Below are positions 11,474 through 28,300 of a stretch of 64,000 nucleotides of DNA, one piece after another. Source of the stretch: the human T2T-CHM13v2.0 reference genome, Homo sapiens. The stretch lies in the NCBI RefSeq assembly GCF_009914755.1, contig NC_060929.1. One strand, written 5' to 3'. The notes below the pieces were generated by a model that saw only the letters and a list, made by a program, of their open reading frames with translations, did not search any database and was not told where the DNA came from. The position numbers and the translations under genes are program-made. Position 1 is the stretch's first letter; the number at the start of each line of letters is the position of its first letter.

Positions 11474-11504
<31 letters not shown>

Positions 11505-11569
11505 GAAAGGAAGGGAAAAAAAGCTTGGACATGGAAATCCAACAGCTCTCTCTCTGTCTGCCTCACCTA

Positions 11570-11710
11570 ATACTTCCTGAATATTTAGTCTCTCCATTTG
11601 TATATCTGTAAAATGGGAATGATATTGACTATACAGAGTTGTTATAAGTATTAGAGTTAATACATGTAAGTGACTTTCAGACAGCAGCCTTTAACAAATG
11701 GTCACAATTA
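11570..11710. mobile_element. MIR fragment
   Basis: atctgtaaaatgggaatgata...cagagttgttataagtattagagttaatacatgtaag. Confidence 0.65.
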
Positions 11711-12742
11711 CTGTGATCTCTTCCTATGAACATAATGCTATAATACATAAGCTAGATCTCCCAGAACTGGACTTCTGCCTGCATAAGAGCTACCCAGCAT
11801 ACTTGAGATGAGTCAGATAACACTTTTGGAATCACACATATGGAGCAAAACCAACAATTATCTTTTCATCACCTCTGAAACAACTTCCTTTAGGATCCTA
11901 AGGTGCAGGGGGACCCTAAAACTCAGCAAGTACTCTCCAACAGCTTCTGAAAAAAGCCAGTCAAAAGCAGAGATGCTGTCTTCTGAAATTATCCCAGTCA
12001 GGGTCTGAAATGGAAGGTGCAAGTAAATAACAAGTATGATATGATTCAAGTAACTGCCACCACACCTGAAAGAAAACTGTGAAAGGAACTGAGCTGTGTC
12101 TGGAGCAAGGTCAAAAGAAGGGAGAGAAGCTTCTGGGGCACTGCTTTGCCCTCTGGGATGAGCCCCTTAGCCACAGCCTCCTTCCCTTCTCCCACCTCCT
12201 GGCATGGACAGCAGGGCTTAGGCCCTGTGAAACGTGAATTAGGTCAGGCCTTCATCTGAGTATTTGCCCCTACCAAAATCAAAGACTGAATTTTTCACTC
12301 TTTAATTAGATATTCAGAGCCCAAGCCACAAGAATAAGGACCTAAGTAACAGCATTTACAGTGTAAGGACGTATGATGGGCTATCAGTTATTATGCCCAT
12401 TTTCTAAATTTTGATGTGAAAATGAAAAGTGAAGTTCTTCAAGATAACTTTTTTTTTTAACCTAGAACTCAGATATGTCAGTAAAAAAAGATATGCTTCT
12501 TTTGGCTTAGGTGAATTCTTTCAATGGGTCTTTTTCTCTGCAGTTGTTTACAGTCTCCTTCCTAACATTAGAATGGAAATGCCTAATCTAGCTTGTTTAT
12601 CTCCATTTCCAGCTCCCAGCATAACCTGGAACACACTCACTGTTTAGTGTGTAATTTCTGGATGAATGAGTCCCAAATCCAAGTTGCATTATGGTGCTAC
12701 CGACCCTATCCATGAAGAGAAATTGTCTTTGTAGGGCTTTGT

Positions 12743-12767
12743 AGTCACGTGTCTGGGCCACGTGACT
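12743..12767. promoter_or_regulatory. Palindromic tandem E-box (CACGTG-N7-CACGTG)
   Basis: agtCACGTGtctgggcCACGTGact; motif is seen directly, function is inferred. Confidence 0.45.
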
Positions 12768-13159
12768 CGTAACGTACTTACAAATCTAGGAAGAGAGTTT
12801 CAATATAAAGAATTTGAAAGCTTCCCATATATTATTCCATTAACCCTTATCAGCAGGATACTTAAGAGCACGAAGTATAATACATTAGTCTGATATCACA
12901 CTAAAGAAGGAGAGACCTAAGAAAGTAATGTGATTTGGCCACCTTTAATCAGTGAAACCATGAATGAAATAACAAGAGGAGCAAACAAACTTATTGGCCA
13001 TGTAGCTGGAAGCAAAGTTAAAGAGGATGCCCTTTCTTGCTGTTAGAGCCTCAGAAAATTAGGAACACTGCAGAAAACTACAGGGCAAAAGGTGTTTATG
13101 TCAAAAAACATTTTTAAAAATCTGACTAGGCTATTTCTTTTCTTGTTTTCTTTAATTTA

Positions 13160-13460
13160 GGTTTAAAAAATACCTCACATTTACCATCTTAACAATTTTT
13201 AAGTGTACCATTCAGTAGTGTTAATAATATCACATTGTGTATGAGCAATCACCAGAACTTTTTCATCTTGTAAAACTGAAACTCTACAAATTAAACAACT
13301 CCCATTTCCCCTCCACCCTAGCACTGGCAACGGCCATTCTAGTTTCTATTTCTTCAAATGTAACTATTTGAGATATCTTATATAAGTGGAATCATACAGT
13401 ATTTGTTTTTTGTGACTGGTTTATTTCACTTAGCGTAATATTCTCAAGGTTCATTCATTG
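13160..13460 (-). mobile_element. L1MB 3' end fragment
   Basis: tttaagtgtaccattcagtagtgtt...ataagtggaatcatacagtatttg...ggttcattcat. Confidence 0.85.
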
Positions 13461-13949
13461 GACAAGTTCATTTTAAGATCAGTTTCTACCTACATCACTT
13501 AAAGCTTTAAGGATGTCAATTAAAGTGAACCTGACATGATCTTAATCTCATCAGAACAAAATACAAATCCCAAATACTTAGGATTAAAGGAGAACTTGCA
13601 AAGGAAGCACAAAGTTTACAGTAGATTAACAAAATTTAAAAAAATCCCAGTTACTTGAGAGATCAGGTGAAACAGAGAATGAGTGAGTTTTGCATTACCT
13701 ATGAGATTAAGCAGGAAAGAATATTGGACCGGATGCGAAATGACCTAAGTTCAAGTTCTGGTTCTCCAATTAACCAGAAGGGTGAGATTTAGCAAGTTAT
13801 TGAATGTTTCTGAGCCTTGAGACCCCATCTTAAAAGGTTGTCGCTGTAAAAATAAGATAAAATATATGCTATATCTTCGTAATACATAAAGTGCTTTATA
13901 AGTGAAATAAAAATTATTTTTAAAGTAATTTTTAAATATTATTGCTTAA

Positions 13950-14120
13950 GCTTAATGAGTACAGAATTTCAGTTTTGCAAGATGAAAAATGTTCTGTGGA
14001 TGAATGACAGTGATGGCTGTACAACAATGTGAATGTACATAATGCCACTGACCTGCACACTTAAAAATGATTAAAATGGTAAATTTTACATTATGTATAT
14101 TTACAACTATTAAAAAACAA
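13950..14120 (+). mobile_element. L1MB 3' end fragment
   Basis: gtacagaatttcagttttgcaagatgaaaaat...acttaaaaatgattaaaatggtaaatttt. Confidence 0.85.
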
Positions 14121-14622
14121 ATGTTTAAAAAATATGACAATATTTCAGTCTTAAAAGGAATTGCTGAATCAGATGAAATATTTTAGAAGTAGCAATTCAC
14201 ATTCTTTTTCTATTTAGATTTTGAATTGCCATTTTTGGCCCTCCCCTATCCAAAATACTGTCAACACCACTAACACACACAAAATTAAATGGCCTAATTT
14301 TACTGATCTTGGTATTCTCATACATATTTTTAAAGGCTCCAAATGCATTAATGTAGAATTCCTCTCATTTTGAGGAGGCAATTATTGATCTCACCTTCTA
14401 ATATGTAAGAAAATGGAAGCAAAAAGGCATTAAGTGACTTGCTCCACTTTAGGAATCAAGACTGCCAGTTATGACCCCAAAAATCTAATACCCATTTTAA
14501 TATAAACATTAGGGGTATAGGGGGCCGCAGCTATATGTATGATTTTCAAAACTTAAGCAGATTGACTTGGTTAAGTAAATTCTTGTACTCATAAAGTCTG
14601 TGACTTAAGATCCTGGAACATG

Positions 14623-14649
14623 CACACACACACACACACACACACACAC
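14623..14649. repeat. (CA)n microsatellite
   Basis: Directly visible. Confidence 0.95.
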
Positions 14650-15429
14650 TAACTGTATTCTAAAATATTTTTGCACATATTCATTGAACAATTTGGACCA
14701 AAATAGGTAAGCCATGTTTAAGTTACTGTATGCATTAGTCACACACCTTTAGTTTTGAGCAACTTTTTGCAAAGTGTTTATCCTTGCATTTCTAGGCTTT
14801 GAAGTCCAGCAGCTTTTTCTTTTTCCAAATCGTTTATTTGATCAACATTTAGTAAGCAAATACTGTTGCCAAATATTACTGTATGCCCTATTACATTGCT
14901 TAAATGGCCCTTAGATGAATTGTTCATTAATATAAAATATCTAAATGGTAAGATTGCTTTTGGGAGAAACATATTGCTCATAAAATTTTAAGAACTCTGT
15001 CCTGAGGGTCATTTTAGCATCTTGACTTCAGAAACTGCCCAGGTAATCCCAACCTGTGTATAGGTAACGGAATGATCATAGCCTGCAGTCTGCACATCTT
15101 CTATTGCAGAAGTCTCTATAATTACATTGACATATGAGAAAAATAAATTCCATCTACTGTCATGTTAAAATATTGTTCTTAATCCAATAGCCTTGGAAAT
15201 AACATTCAGGTGCTAAATTGAGATTTGTTCCTGCTGTATTCAATTTTCAGTTTCATGTCCCACCTGCTAAGAAACTGCTAAATCCTTGTAGGCAATTAAA
15301 TAATAAATAAATAAAACTTTATAAGAAATGAAAGTGAAGACCAGAACCATGTTATTGACAGAGGATAGTAAGGTATAAACAGGGATAGGTGAGATTTTAT
15401 TTATTCAGTTGGTCAAGAATTTGCTAGAT

Positions 15430-15620
15430 TAACTCATAACTCATTCATTGAGAACTTAGTAGGTGTTAAGCATTGTCCTAAATGTTTCACACCAATTATT
15501 TCATTTCATTCACACATAATCTTATGAAGACGGACACTATTCTACTTCCATTTTTAGGTAATAAAAAAGACATTCAAAGAGGCCAAGTAACACACCCAAA
15601 ATCACACAGTATCTTAGAGT
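15430..15620. mobile_element. MIR
   Basis: cattcattgagaactta...ttatttcatttcattcacacataatcttatg...gaggccaagtaacacacccaaaatcacacag. Confidence 0.65.
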
Positions 15621-15849
15621 GAAAAAATGTCTTAATGGTCATTGGGCTCAAATCCTGTGTCAATGCAGATGTTTGGAAGATAGCCATAAGCCTCTCTTTA
15701 TACACTTCTACCAAAGAGGATGAGTTTACTACTTAAAAAATCACACTGATGAAAGTTTCTTTCCTTACTTTCAGTTTGCCAAAACCTTCAACCTTCTAAA
15801 TTGTATTCTTTGGTTGCTTTAATTTAGAACTCCAGAGACCCCCTCCTTC

Positions 15850-16300
15850 ATGTATTTGAAGAAAGAAGGCTATATTCCATTTGCGGTGGCTTCCAGAACC
15901 TTCAGAGTTATGACCTGGTAGTGTCCTCCTGCACAATCCCAATCCTTCAGTCCCAGCCCCCTCTCTAAAACACACTGAAGCTTTCCTGAGTTTTTGTGGA
16001 AATTTGAACGCCAGAACAAAGCACCATGCTGCAGATAGGCTCTTCCTGGAATAGAATCAGCAGGACTATCACACTGCTTACTCTACAAACTATATCTGGT
16101 TATGCAGCCCGGTATGCATTACACATTTTCGCTGCCATGTCACACTACTGACTTACAGTCAGTTATCACCAGTTGGTTACTTGCCCTAGGTCTTTTTCTC
16201 ACAAACCATAGTTAAGTCAGGTTTCTACTGACCTGCTCTTACATAGTTCATTTTTTGATGTTCCAAATTTTTTTTAGTATGAGTCTTGTTGAAGCTCATC
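15850..16300 (-). mobile_element. Probable CR1/L3 LINE fragment
   Basis: gccagaacaaagcaccatgctgcagatagg...caggactatcac...atgcagcccggtatgcatt resembles L3 antisense. Confidence 0.45.
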
Positions 16301-17099
16301 AGAATAGGTCCAATTAATCTTCAAGTTACAATCAAGTTACAAGAGGTTACAATCAGCCTTGTAACAACGGGAAGTTTTCTCCACAGTGAGAGATAGCTCA
16401 GTTAGTATGAGGCATCAGGAGCCTGGGCAGGAAGAATTCCATGGAACCCTTCTCATTCTAGGATATGAGTACAATCCAGGGCTGAAGAACTTAAGCCTAG
16501 AGAGAAAAGTCTGGTGATACAAGCTTGTCCAAAGCTTAGACTTGGGTGAGTAGATATCATACAATGAAGTCCAATCTGGGTGAATCTTCCCTGTGTTTCT
16601 GGGAAATCTGCTTTTGGATTTCCTATTATCTCTGTCAATATATATTAGACTCTGTTTCCTCTGCTGGGGAAAAACTCTTGGTGGTCATCGTCCCCCCTGG
16701 ATAAGGATATTCTCCCAATCACGTGTCACTATGTCTGTCTGGCTAACATCTCCACCAATGGGAAGATTCTATCACTCTCTCTGGGTACCTCATGTCTGCC
16801 CCTCCCACAACAGTCCATTTTTCTATGTCCAGCTGCATCAGAGAAGTTCAGTGCTAGACACAATAAGTTAACTTTTAAAATAGCTTTCTTTACTCTCCAT
16901 CTTCACAGTCTATGGTTGGACTGCTTCTGGAGGCTAAGCAGAGCTGAGCCTCAAATGGAAAGACAGAAAATTTGAGAGTCTTCAACTGAGGTGAGACAAG
17001 AAACAAAGGAGCTTAGAGAGGCAGAGAAAAAGGCAGTCCCTACCAGAGACCCTGTTAGCAAAGTAAATGAGGTTAGTTAGATATGATGTAATGGTCGAA

Positions 17100-17320
17100 A
17101 GAGCTACGTTTATTGACTACTAACTCTGTGATACACATACTATGTATATTATCCTCTTGAATTCTGACAACAAAGAATATGAGGTTAATACTGTACTCAT
17201 CTCAATTTTAGAGCTGAGAAAATAGCACCTCAGAGGGTATTTAGTGATTCCCCTGGAGCTATTGTAAGTAGCAGAGCCACAGTTTAAACCAAGACTGACC
17301 ATGGCATGAATCCCCCAACC
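17100..17320. mobile_element. MIR
   Basis: tttattgactac...atctcaattttagagctgagaaaatagc...gtaagtagcagagccacagtttaaaccaag. Confidence 0.65.
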
Positions 17321-17809
17321 GTTTTACAGATGTAACACCTGATCCTACTTGAATTACCAACTTACAGATAATTAGAATGCGAATTTAAAAACCAAAGCAG
17401 TGTTAAAAATAACATACTTTTTTTTTCTGAAGGCACGGTCCAATCTAAAATTTCTTCAAAGCCTTTATTATGATTAGTAATCATTAAGTATATAAATATA
17501 GAAATAAGAAATGTGATTGCACTTGTAGTGCCATAATGGCTAAAAATTGTTCCTTGAAACAAAATCTTATTTTATTTTATTCAATTATCATGTGCCTCAT
17601 TCAAAAAATATTGAAGGCCAGGATAGTCTTTATTGAAATGTAACAAGATCATTCCTTGGCTTGAATTAACTTGTTTCAGTGTGGGCTTCTTGAAAGATTT
17701 TGAAAAAAAGGAGCTCACTTGACTACTCTTTTTGGGTTCTCTTTCTCTTAGATCAACAGAGCAGAAGCCTTTGTGCAAGGGCAGAGTCTTTCTATGCTTA
17801 TTTTGTCAT

Positions 17810-18263
17810 TTGATAGGCAACAAATATTAATTGGACATTGACTATAGGCCAGGGAACCAGAAAAGATCCAGACAAGGTCCTGAATTTGAAGAGCTTATAT
17901 TCTACTCATTTGAGAAATAAAAACATATAAACAAATAAAGTAGTTATTCATAAGCACTAGATAATGTATAAGCACTATGAATAAGACAAAGTAATTGTTA
18001 GAAAAATGATAAAAATGGAGTAGACTAAATTAGCTAGCATGGTCAGGGAATGTCTCCTCAGGAGGTGTCACACCGGAGACTAGAGGAGGAAAAGAAGGAA
18101 GCCTAGTGATGATCTGGAGGAAGATGCCAACGAAATTTTTAAGACAAGAAGCCTGGAGGGTATGAGGGCAAGAAAGAATGGATTGGATTAGTGAGAAAGG
18201 AAAAGGTGAAAGGAGTTGAGGTCAGAAAAATAGACAAGAACCAATAAGTTTAGTAAGTTACAA
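17810..18263 (-). mobile_element. L2 3' portion (segment 1 of a split L2)
   Basis: caacaaatattaattgg...acaaggtcctg...gagcttatattcta...ggtcagggaatgtctcctcaggaggtg. Confidence 0.65.
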
Positions 18264-18415
18264 TGGAGGGTTTTATTTATTTTATTTTATTTTTTAATTT
18301 TATTATTATTATACTTCAAGTTTTAGGGTACATGTGCACAATGTGCAGGTTAGTTACATATGTATACATGTGGCATGCTGGTGTACTGCACCCATTAACT
18401 CGTCATTTAGCATTA

Positions 18416-22353
<3,938 letters not shown>

Positions 22354-22416
22354 TATGATGTTAGCTGGTTATTTTGCTCATTAGTTGATGCACTTTCTTC
22401 CTAGCCTCGATGGTCT

Positions 22417-23429
22417 TTACAATTTGGCATGATTTTGCAGTGGCTGGTACTGGTTGTTCCTTTCCATGTTTAGTGCTTCCTTCAGGAGCTCTTTTAGGGC
22501 AGTCCTGGTGGTGACAAAATCTCTCAGCATTTGCTTGTCTGTAAAGTATTTTATTTCTCCTTCACTTATGAAGCTTAGTTTGGCTGGATATGAAATTCTG
22601 GGTTGAAAATTATTTTCTTTAAGAATGTTGAATATTGGCCCCCACTCTCTTCTGGCTTGTAGAGTTTCTGCCGAGAGATCCGCTGTTAGTCTGATGGGCT
22701 TCCCTTTGTGGGTAACCCGACCTTTCTCTCTGGCTGCCCTTAACATTTTTTCCTTCATTTCAACTTTGGTGAATCTGACAATTATGTGTCTTGGAGTTGC
22801 TCTTCTTGAGGAGTATCTTTGTGGCGTTCTCTGTATTTCCTGAATCTGAATGTTGGCCTGCCTTGCTAGATTGGGGAAGTTCTCCTGGATAATATCCTGC
22901 AGAGTGTTTTCCAATTTGTTTCCATTCTCCCCGTCACTTTCAGGTACACCAATCAGACGTAGATTTGATCTTTTCACATAGTCCCATATTTCTTGGAGGC
23001 TTTGTTCGTTTCTTTTTATTCTTTTTTTCTCTAAACTTCCCTTCTCGCTTCATTTCATTCATCTTCCGTCACTGATACCCTTTCTTCCAGTTGACCGCAT
23101 CAGCTCCTGAGCCTTCTGCATTCTTCACGTAGTTCTCGAGCCTTGGCTTTCAGCCCCATCAGCTCCTTTAAGCACTTCTCTGTATTGGTTATTCTAGTTT
23201 ACATTCTTCTAAACTTTTTCCAAAGTTTTCAACTTCTTTGCCTTTGGTTTGAATTTCCTCCTGTAGCTCAGAGTAGTTTGATCATCTGAAGCCTTCTTCT
23301 CTCAACTCGTCAAAGTCATTCTCCCTCCAGCTTTGTTCCATTGCTGGTGAGGAACTGCGTTCCTTTGGAGGAGGAGAGGCGCTCTGCTTTTTAGAGTTTC
23401 CAGTTTTTCTACTCTGTTTTTTTCCCCAT
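22417..23429 (-). pseudogene. L1 ORF1, frameshifted
   Basis: ATG GGG followed by 7 A (canonical 6); 1013 nt vs 1017 nt; intact C-terminal 186 aa ending QNHAKL. Confidence 0.92.
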
Positions 23430-24477
23430 CTTTGTGGTTTTATCTACTTTTGGTCTTTGATGATGGTGATGTACAGATGGGTTTTTGGTGTGGATGTCCT
23501 TTCTGTTTGTTAGTTTTCCTTCTAACAGACAGAACCCTCAGCTGCAGGTCTGTTGGAGTTTGCTGGAGGTCCACTCCAGACCCTGTTTGCCTGGGTACCA
23601 GCAGGGGTGGCTGCAGAACAGCAGATTTTCATGAACCGCGAATGCTGCTGTCTGATCGTTCCTCTGGGAGTTTTGTCTCAGAGGAGTACCTGGCCGTGTG
23701 AGGTGTCAGTCTGCCCCTACTGGGGGGTGCCTCCCAGTTAGGCTGCTCAGGGGTCAGGGGTCAGGGACCCACTTGAGGAGGCAGTCTGCCCGTTCTCAGA
23801 TCTCCAGCTGCATACTGGGAGAACCACTGCTCTCTTCAAAGCTGTCAGACAGGGACATTTAAGTCTGCAGAGGTTACTGCTGTCTTTTTGTTTGTCTGTG
23901 CCTTGCCCCCAGAGGTGGAGCCTGCAGAGGCAGGCAGGCCTCCTTGAGCTGTGGTGGGCTCCACCCAGTTCGAGCTTTCTGGCTGCTTTGTTTATCTAAG
24001 CAAGCCTGGGCAATGGTGGGCACCCCTCCCCCAGCCTAGCTGCCGCCTTGCAGTTTGATCTCAGACTGCTGTGCTAGCAATCAGCGAGACTCCGTGGGCA
24101 TTTAGGACCCTCCGAGCCAGGTGCCGGGTATAATCTCCTGGTGCGCCGTTTTTTAAGCCCGTCGGAAAAGCGCAGTATTGGGGTGGGAGTGACCCGATTT
24201 TCCAGGTGCCGTCTGTCACCCCTTTCTTTGACTAGGAAAGGGAACTCCCTGACCCCTTGCACTTCCTGAGTCAGACAATGCCTCGCCCTGCTTCGGCTCG
24301 CGCACAGTGCGCTGCACCCACTGTCCTGCGCCCACTGTCTGGCACTCCCTAGTGAGATGAACCTCGTACCTCAGATGGAAATGCAGAAATCACCCGTGTT
24401 CTGCGTTGCTCACGCTGGGAGCTGTAGACCAGAGCTGTTCCTATTCAGCCATCTTGGCTCCCTCCCGGGTTTTATTT

Positions 24478-24619
24478 TTTACTTATTTATTGTTAAGACA
24501 GGGTCTTGCTCTAATGCCCAGGCTGAAGTGCAGTGGTGTGATCAGAGCTCACTGGAGCCTTGAACTGGGCTCAAGCAATCATTCTGCCTCAGCCTCCTAA
24601 GTAGCTGGGACTGCAGGTG
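24478..24619 (-). mobile_element. 5'-truncated AluJ/FRAM right monomer
   Basis: agacagggtcttgctct...gggctcaagcaatc...gtagctgggactgcaggtg; TSD tggagggttttat at 18264-18276 and 24620-24632. Confidence 0.85.
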
Positions 24620-24632
24620 TGGAGGGTTTTAT

Positions 24633-25325
24633 ATAAGCAAATTATGTACCTAACTTACACTTCTGAAAGATACTCTGTATTGAGGGTCAAAAATGAGGGC
24701 AGGAAAACTGGTTTGAAGAACAGTAGAAATATTCATATGGGAGATGGCAGTGGCCACATTAGGACTGTAATAGTGGCAGCAGAGAAAAGTGGAAGGATTG
24801 TAGATACATTTTAGAGAAATATTCCACAGAATTTATTCCTTGAGTGGTTTTAGGATTTAAGTAAAAAATAAAAATGAAGAATCACTCCTAGATTTTGGGC
24901 TTGGGAAACTAATAGGTAATGATCCAAAATACTTAGATGGGGAAAGCTTGAGGAGGAGCACATTTGGCAATGGATGATGATATTAATAGCACTATTTGGG
25001 TCATGTTAAGTTTAAGATTTCTATAGGAAATTCAAATGCATATGATGGGAAGGTAGTGGGATATATGAGGATAGAGTCCAGCAAAGAGGTCTGGGCTAAT
25101 GATTTAAACTTGGCAGTCATTAGCATACTGATGTTATTTCAAGTGATTGGATTACATATTTTCACCTAAGGTAAAAATGTAACAATAGAAAAAAGGAGTC
25201 AAGGTCTGAGCCCAAGGTAATCTAAGATTTCCTTAGATGGCAATAAAAGAGGCTACAGCTCACAAAGATAACCTTACGGAAGCATGTAGTGAAGGAAGTG
25301 AAGGAAGAAAAACAAGGTAAGTGTG
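24633..25325 (-). mobile_element. L2 (segment 2 of split L2)
   Basis: tttgggtcatgttaagtttaagat...gaggtctgggctaatgatttaaacttggcagtcattagcatac. Confidence 0.7.
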
Positions 25326-25330
25326 GTTAG

Positions 25331-28300
25331 GAGTAATGTCAGCAAGATGGCAGAATAGGATGCTCCAGACTCTCCTTTCTGTCATGGAGACACTGATTCA
25401 ACAATACATGGATTAATTTCCTCTATGATAAATCCTGCACTCCAGATGAGCAAGAAATGTGCCACATCAAAGCCAGAAGGCAGATTTTTGGCATCCTCTC
25501 ACCAGAGTCCCTCCTTCCAGCAGAGTCATGCAATTGGGAAGAAACTTTGAGCTCCCAGATTCTCCGTAGGGAGAGAAAGAGGAGACTAGACTGCACGTCC
25601 AACATTCTGACTTTTGGAGAAGCCTGCCTAAGGGACTGGCTTTTGTCTCACCTGTAGAAGAGAGCTAATGAGACCCAGAGTATTCTAAATGTCTGGTGGT
25701 CACTGAAAACAAAATTTTTGGGCAACTTGCTGCCCCTCCAGAGGGCCTGAGGTAAGCTGACAGAAGCCGACACAGTTCAGCAGCCTCTCCCTCAGGAAGG
25801 AAAGGGAAAAGTAAAGTATGCATCCAATTTCTTGCTTTTTGATGGGATACCCAAGGGGTTAGTTTCTGAATATCCTGGCTTTGGGGACTGATAGGACCTG
25901 GCATATTCTAGATGCCTGGGAAGCTCTGAGAATATAAAATAGCAGGTGGTGTGCTGCTTCTTCAGAGGACTCACAGTACAGCAGTCAGGCATCAGTCAGG
26001 CATCATTCATTAAAAGCTCCTGAAAAAATCTAATAAATCTTTCTAATTAGAAATCTATATGCACAGGCCTAGAGAAGACACATCACAGAGAAGGTTTGAG
26101 AGTCTTCCAGAATCCCTAGTTGGGCTGATTGATGAATGCCTTTCCCTTTACAAATCCAGTTTATAAAGATTATGAGAGGTGGATTTTTTTCAAGTGCATA
26201 AATACCAACACAAAGGTACAAGAAATATGAATAAATGAGAAAATAATCAAGTCAAAGGAATAAAATAAGTTTCTAGAAACCAACCTCAAAGAAACAGAGA
26301 TATGTGAATTACCTGACAAATAATTAAAAATAACCATCATAAAGTTGTCATTAGTTCAGGACAACAATATATACAAAAAATAAAAACTTCATCAAACAGA
26401 AAATATTTTAAAATAACAGAAATTTTGGAGCTGAAGAATGCAATAACTGAACTGAAAAAATCCACTGGAGATATTCAAGAGCAGACTTGATCAAGCAGAA
26501 AAATATTGCTAACTTGAGGATAGATCATTCGAAATTATCCAGTCAGAGGAACAAAAAGAAAAAAGAATAAAACAGAAGAAATCCTTAAGGATTTATGGAA
26601 AATAATTAAGCAGACCAATATACACATTATGAAATTTTAAAGAGGAGAAATGAGAAACAAAGGGGAAAGAAAGCTTATTTAAAGGAATAATGGCCAAAAC
26701 TTCCCAAATATGAGGAAAGAAATAGGCTTTCAGATTCAAGAAGCCCAAATCTGAGGAACTCAAATAAGTCAATACCAAGACAAATTATAATAAAATTGCC
26801 AAAATCAAAGACAAAGAAGGAATTTTTAAAATAACAGGAGAAAAGTGACTAGTCACATACAAGGAAAATTCCAGACTATAAGTAGATTTCTCAGCAGAAA
26901 AATTGTGAGACAGAAGGAAGTAGAATAATAACAACCAACCGAGAGCACAATATCTGACAAAACTGTCTTTTAAACATAAAGGAAAGGTAAAGCTTTTCCC
27001 AGACCAAAAAAAAAAAAAAAAGCCTAGAAAGTTTATCACCATTAGACCTACCTTACAAGAAATGCTAAAGGGATTCCATTAAGTTGAAATGAAAATATGT
27101 TAAATAATAATGTAAAAGCGTAGGTAACTATGTAACTTAATGGTAAAGATAAATATAGAGATAAATACAGAATACTATAATACTATAATGATATGTAAAT
27201 CATTTTCAATTCAGGTATAAGAGTTAAAAGACAAGAATGTTAAAAATAACTTATAGCTAGAAAAATATATTAAAGGATAGAAAATATGAAAAATATAACT
27301 TATGACATTGGTAACATAAAGTATGTGGAGGGAGAAGTAGGGGTTTTTGTATGTGATTTAAGTTATTTTTTAATTTAAATAATGTGTTGTAAGATATTTC
27401 ATGTAAAACTAATGGTAGCCACGAAGAAAAAATCTACAGAAGATACAAGAAAAGAAGAAAAAAAAATCAGAGTATTACTACAAAAATAAATCAATAAACC
27501 CAAATAAAGATAACAATGGTGAAAAAAAGGTATGAAAAAGTCAAAAGACAATAAGAAAAACATAACTAACAAGACAGCAATAGTAAGTCTTTTACTATAC
27601 AATTTTTTAAAAATGTAATTAAATAGCAAGAATAACAATTCATAAGACATATGTGCTGTCTACAAGACTTGCTTTAGACTTGAGAACATACATAGGCTGA
27701 AAGTGAATAGAAAAATATATTCCAGGCAAATGGTAACCAAAAGAGAATGGAATGGCCATATTTATATCAGACAAAATAGATTTTAAGTCAAATATTGCTG
27801 CAAGAGACAAAGAAGGGCATTATATGATGATATAATTGGATGAGTCAAGTCAACCAGGAAGATAAAGCAATTATAAATATATGCACACCCAATATCAGAA
27901 CACCCAAATATATAAAGCAGTGACAGAACTGAAGGAAGAGATAGGCAACATACAGTAATAGGAAAAAATTTAATATCCCACATTTAATACTGGATTAATC
28001 ATCCAGACAGAAAATCATGAAGGAATTGGACTTCAACTACAGTTTAGACAAAATGAACCTAACAAACATATACAGAACATTTCATTTAACAACAGCAGAA
28101 TACACATTCTTCTCAAGCACACATGGAATGTTCTCCAAGGTTGATCACACGATAGGCCCCAAAACAAATCTTAACAAATTTAAGAGTATTGAAATTATAC
28201 CAAGTATCCTTCAAGTATCTTCTTCAAGTATCTTCTTCAACCACAACTAGAAATCAATATCAGAAGGAAAGCTGGAAAACTCACAAATGTGTGGAAATTA

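Noticed and set aside
8177-11504. 15-bp match gacctaatttgtaaa (8177 and 11468) next to an A25 tract, as a possible TSD or retrocopy tail
   Set aside because: The geometry does not fit a TSD (the match precedes the poly-A), no retrocopy body is recognisable, and a chance match is plausible in AT-rich DNA
16321-16366. gttacaa micro-repeats with a 7-bp inverted repeat
   Set aside because: Too short to distinguish from local slippage
28201-28240. caagtatc(t)tctt triplication
   Set aside because: Ordinary slippage duplication inside a decayed L1 ORF2
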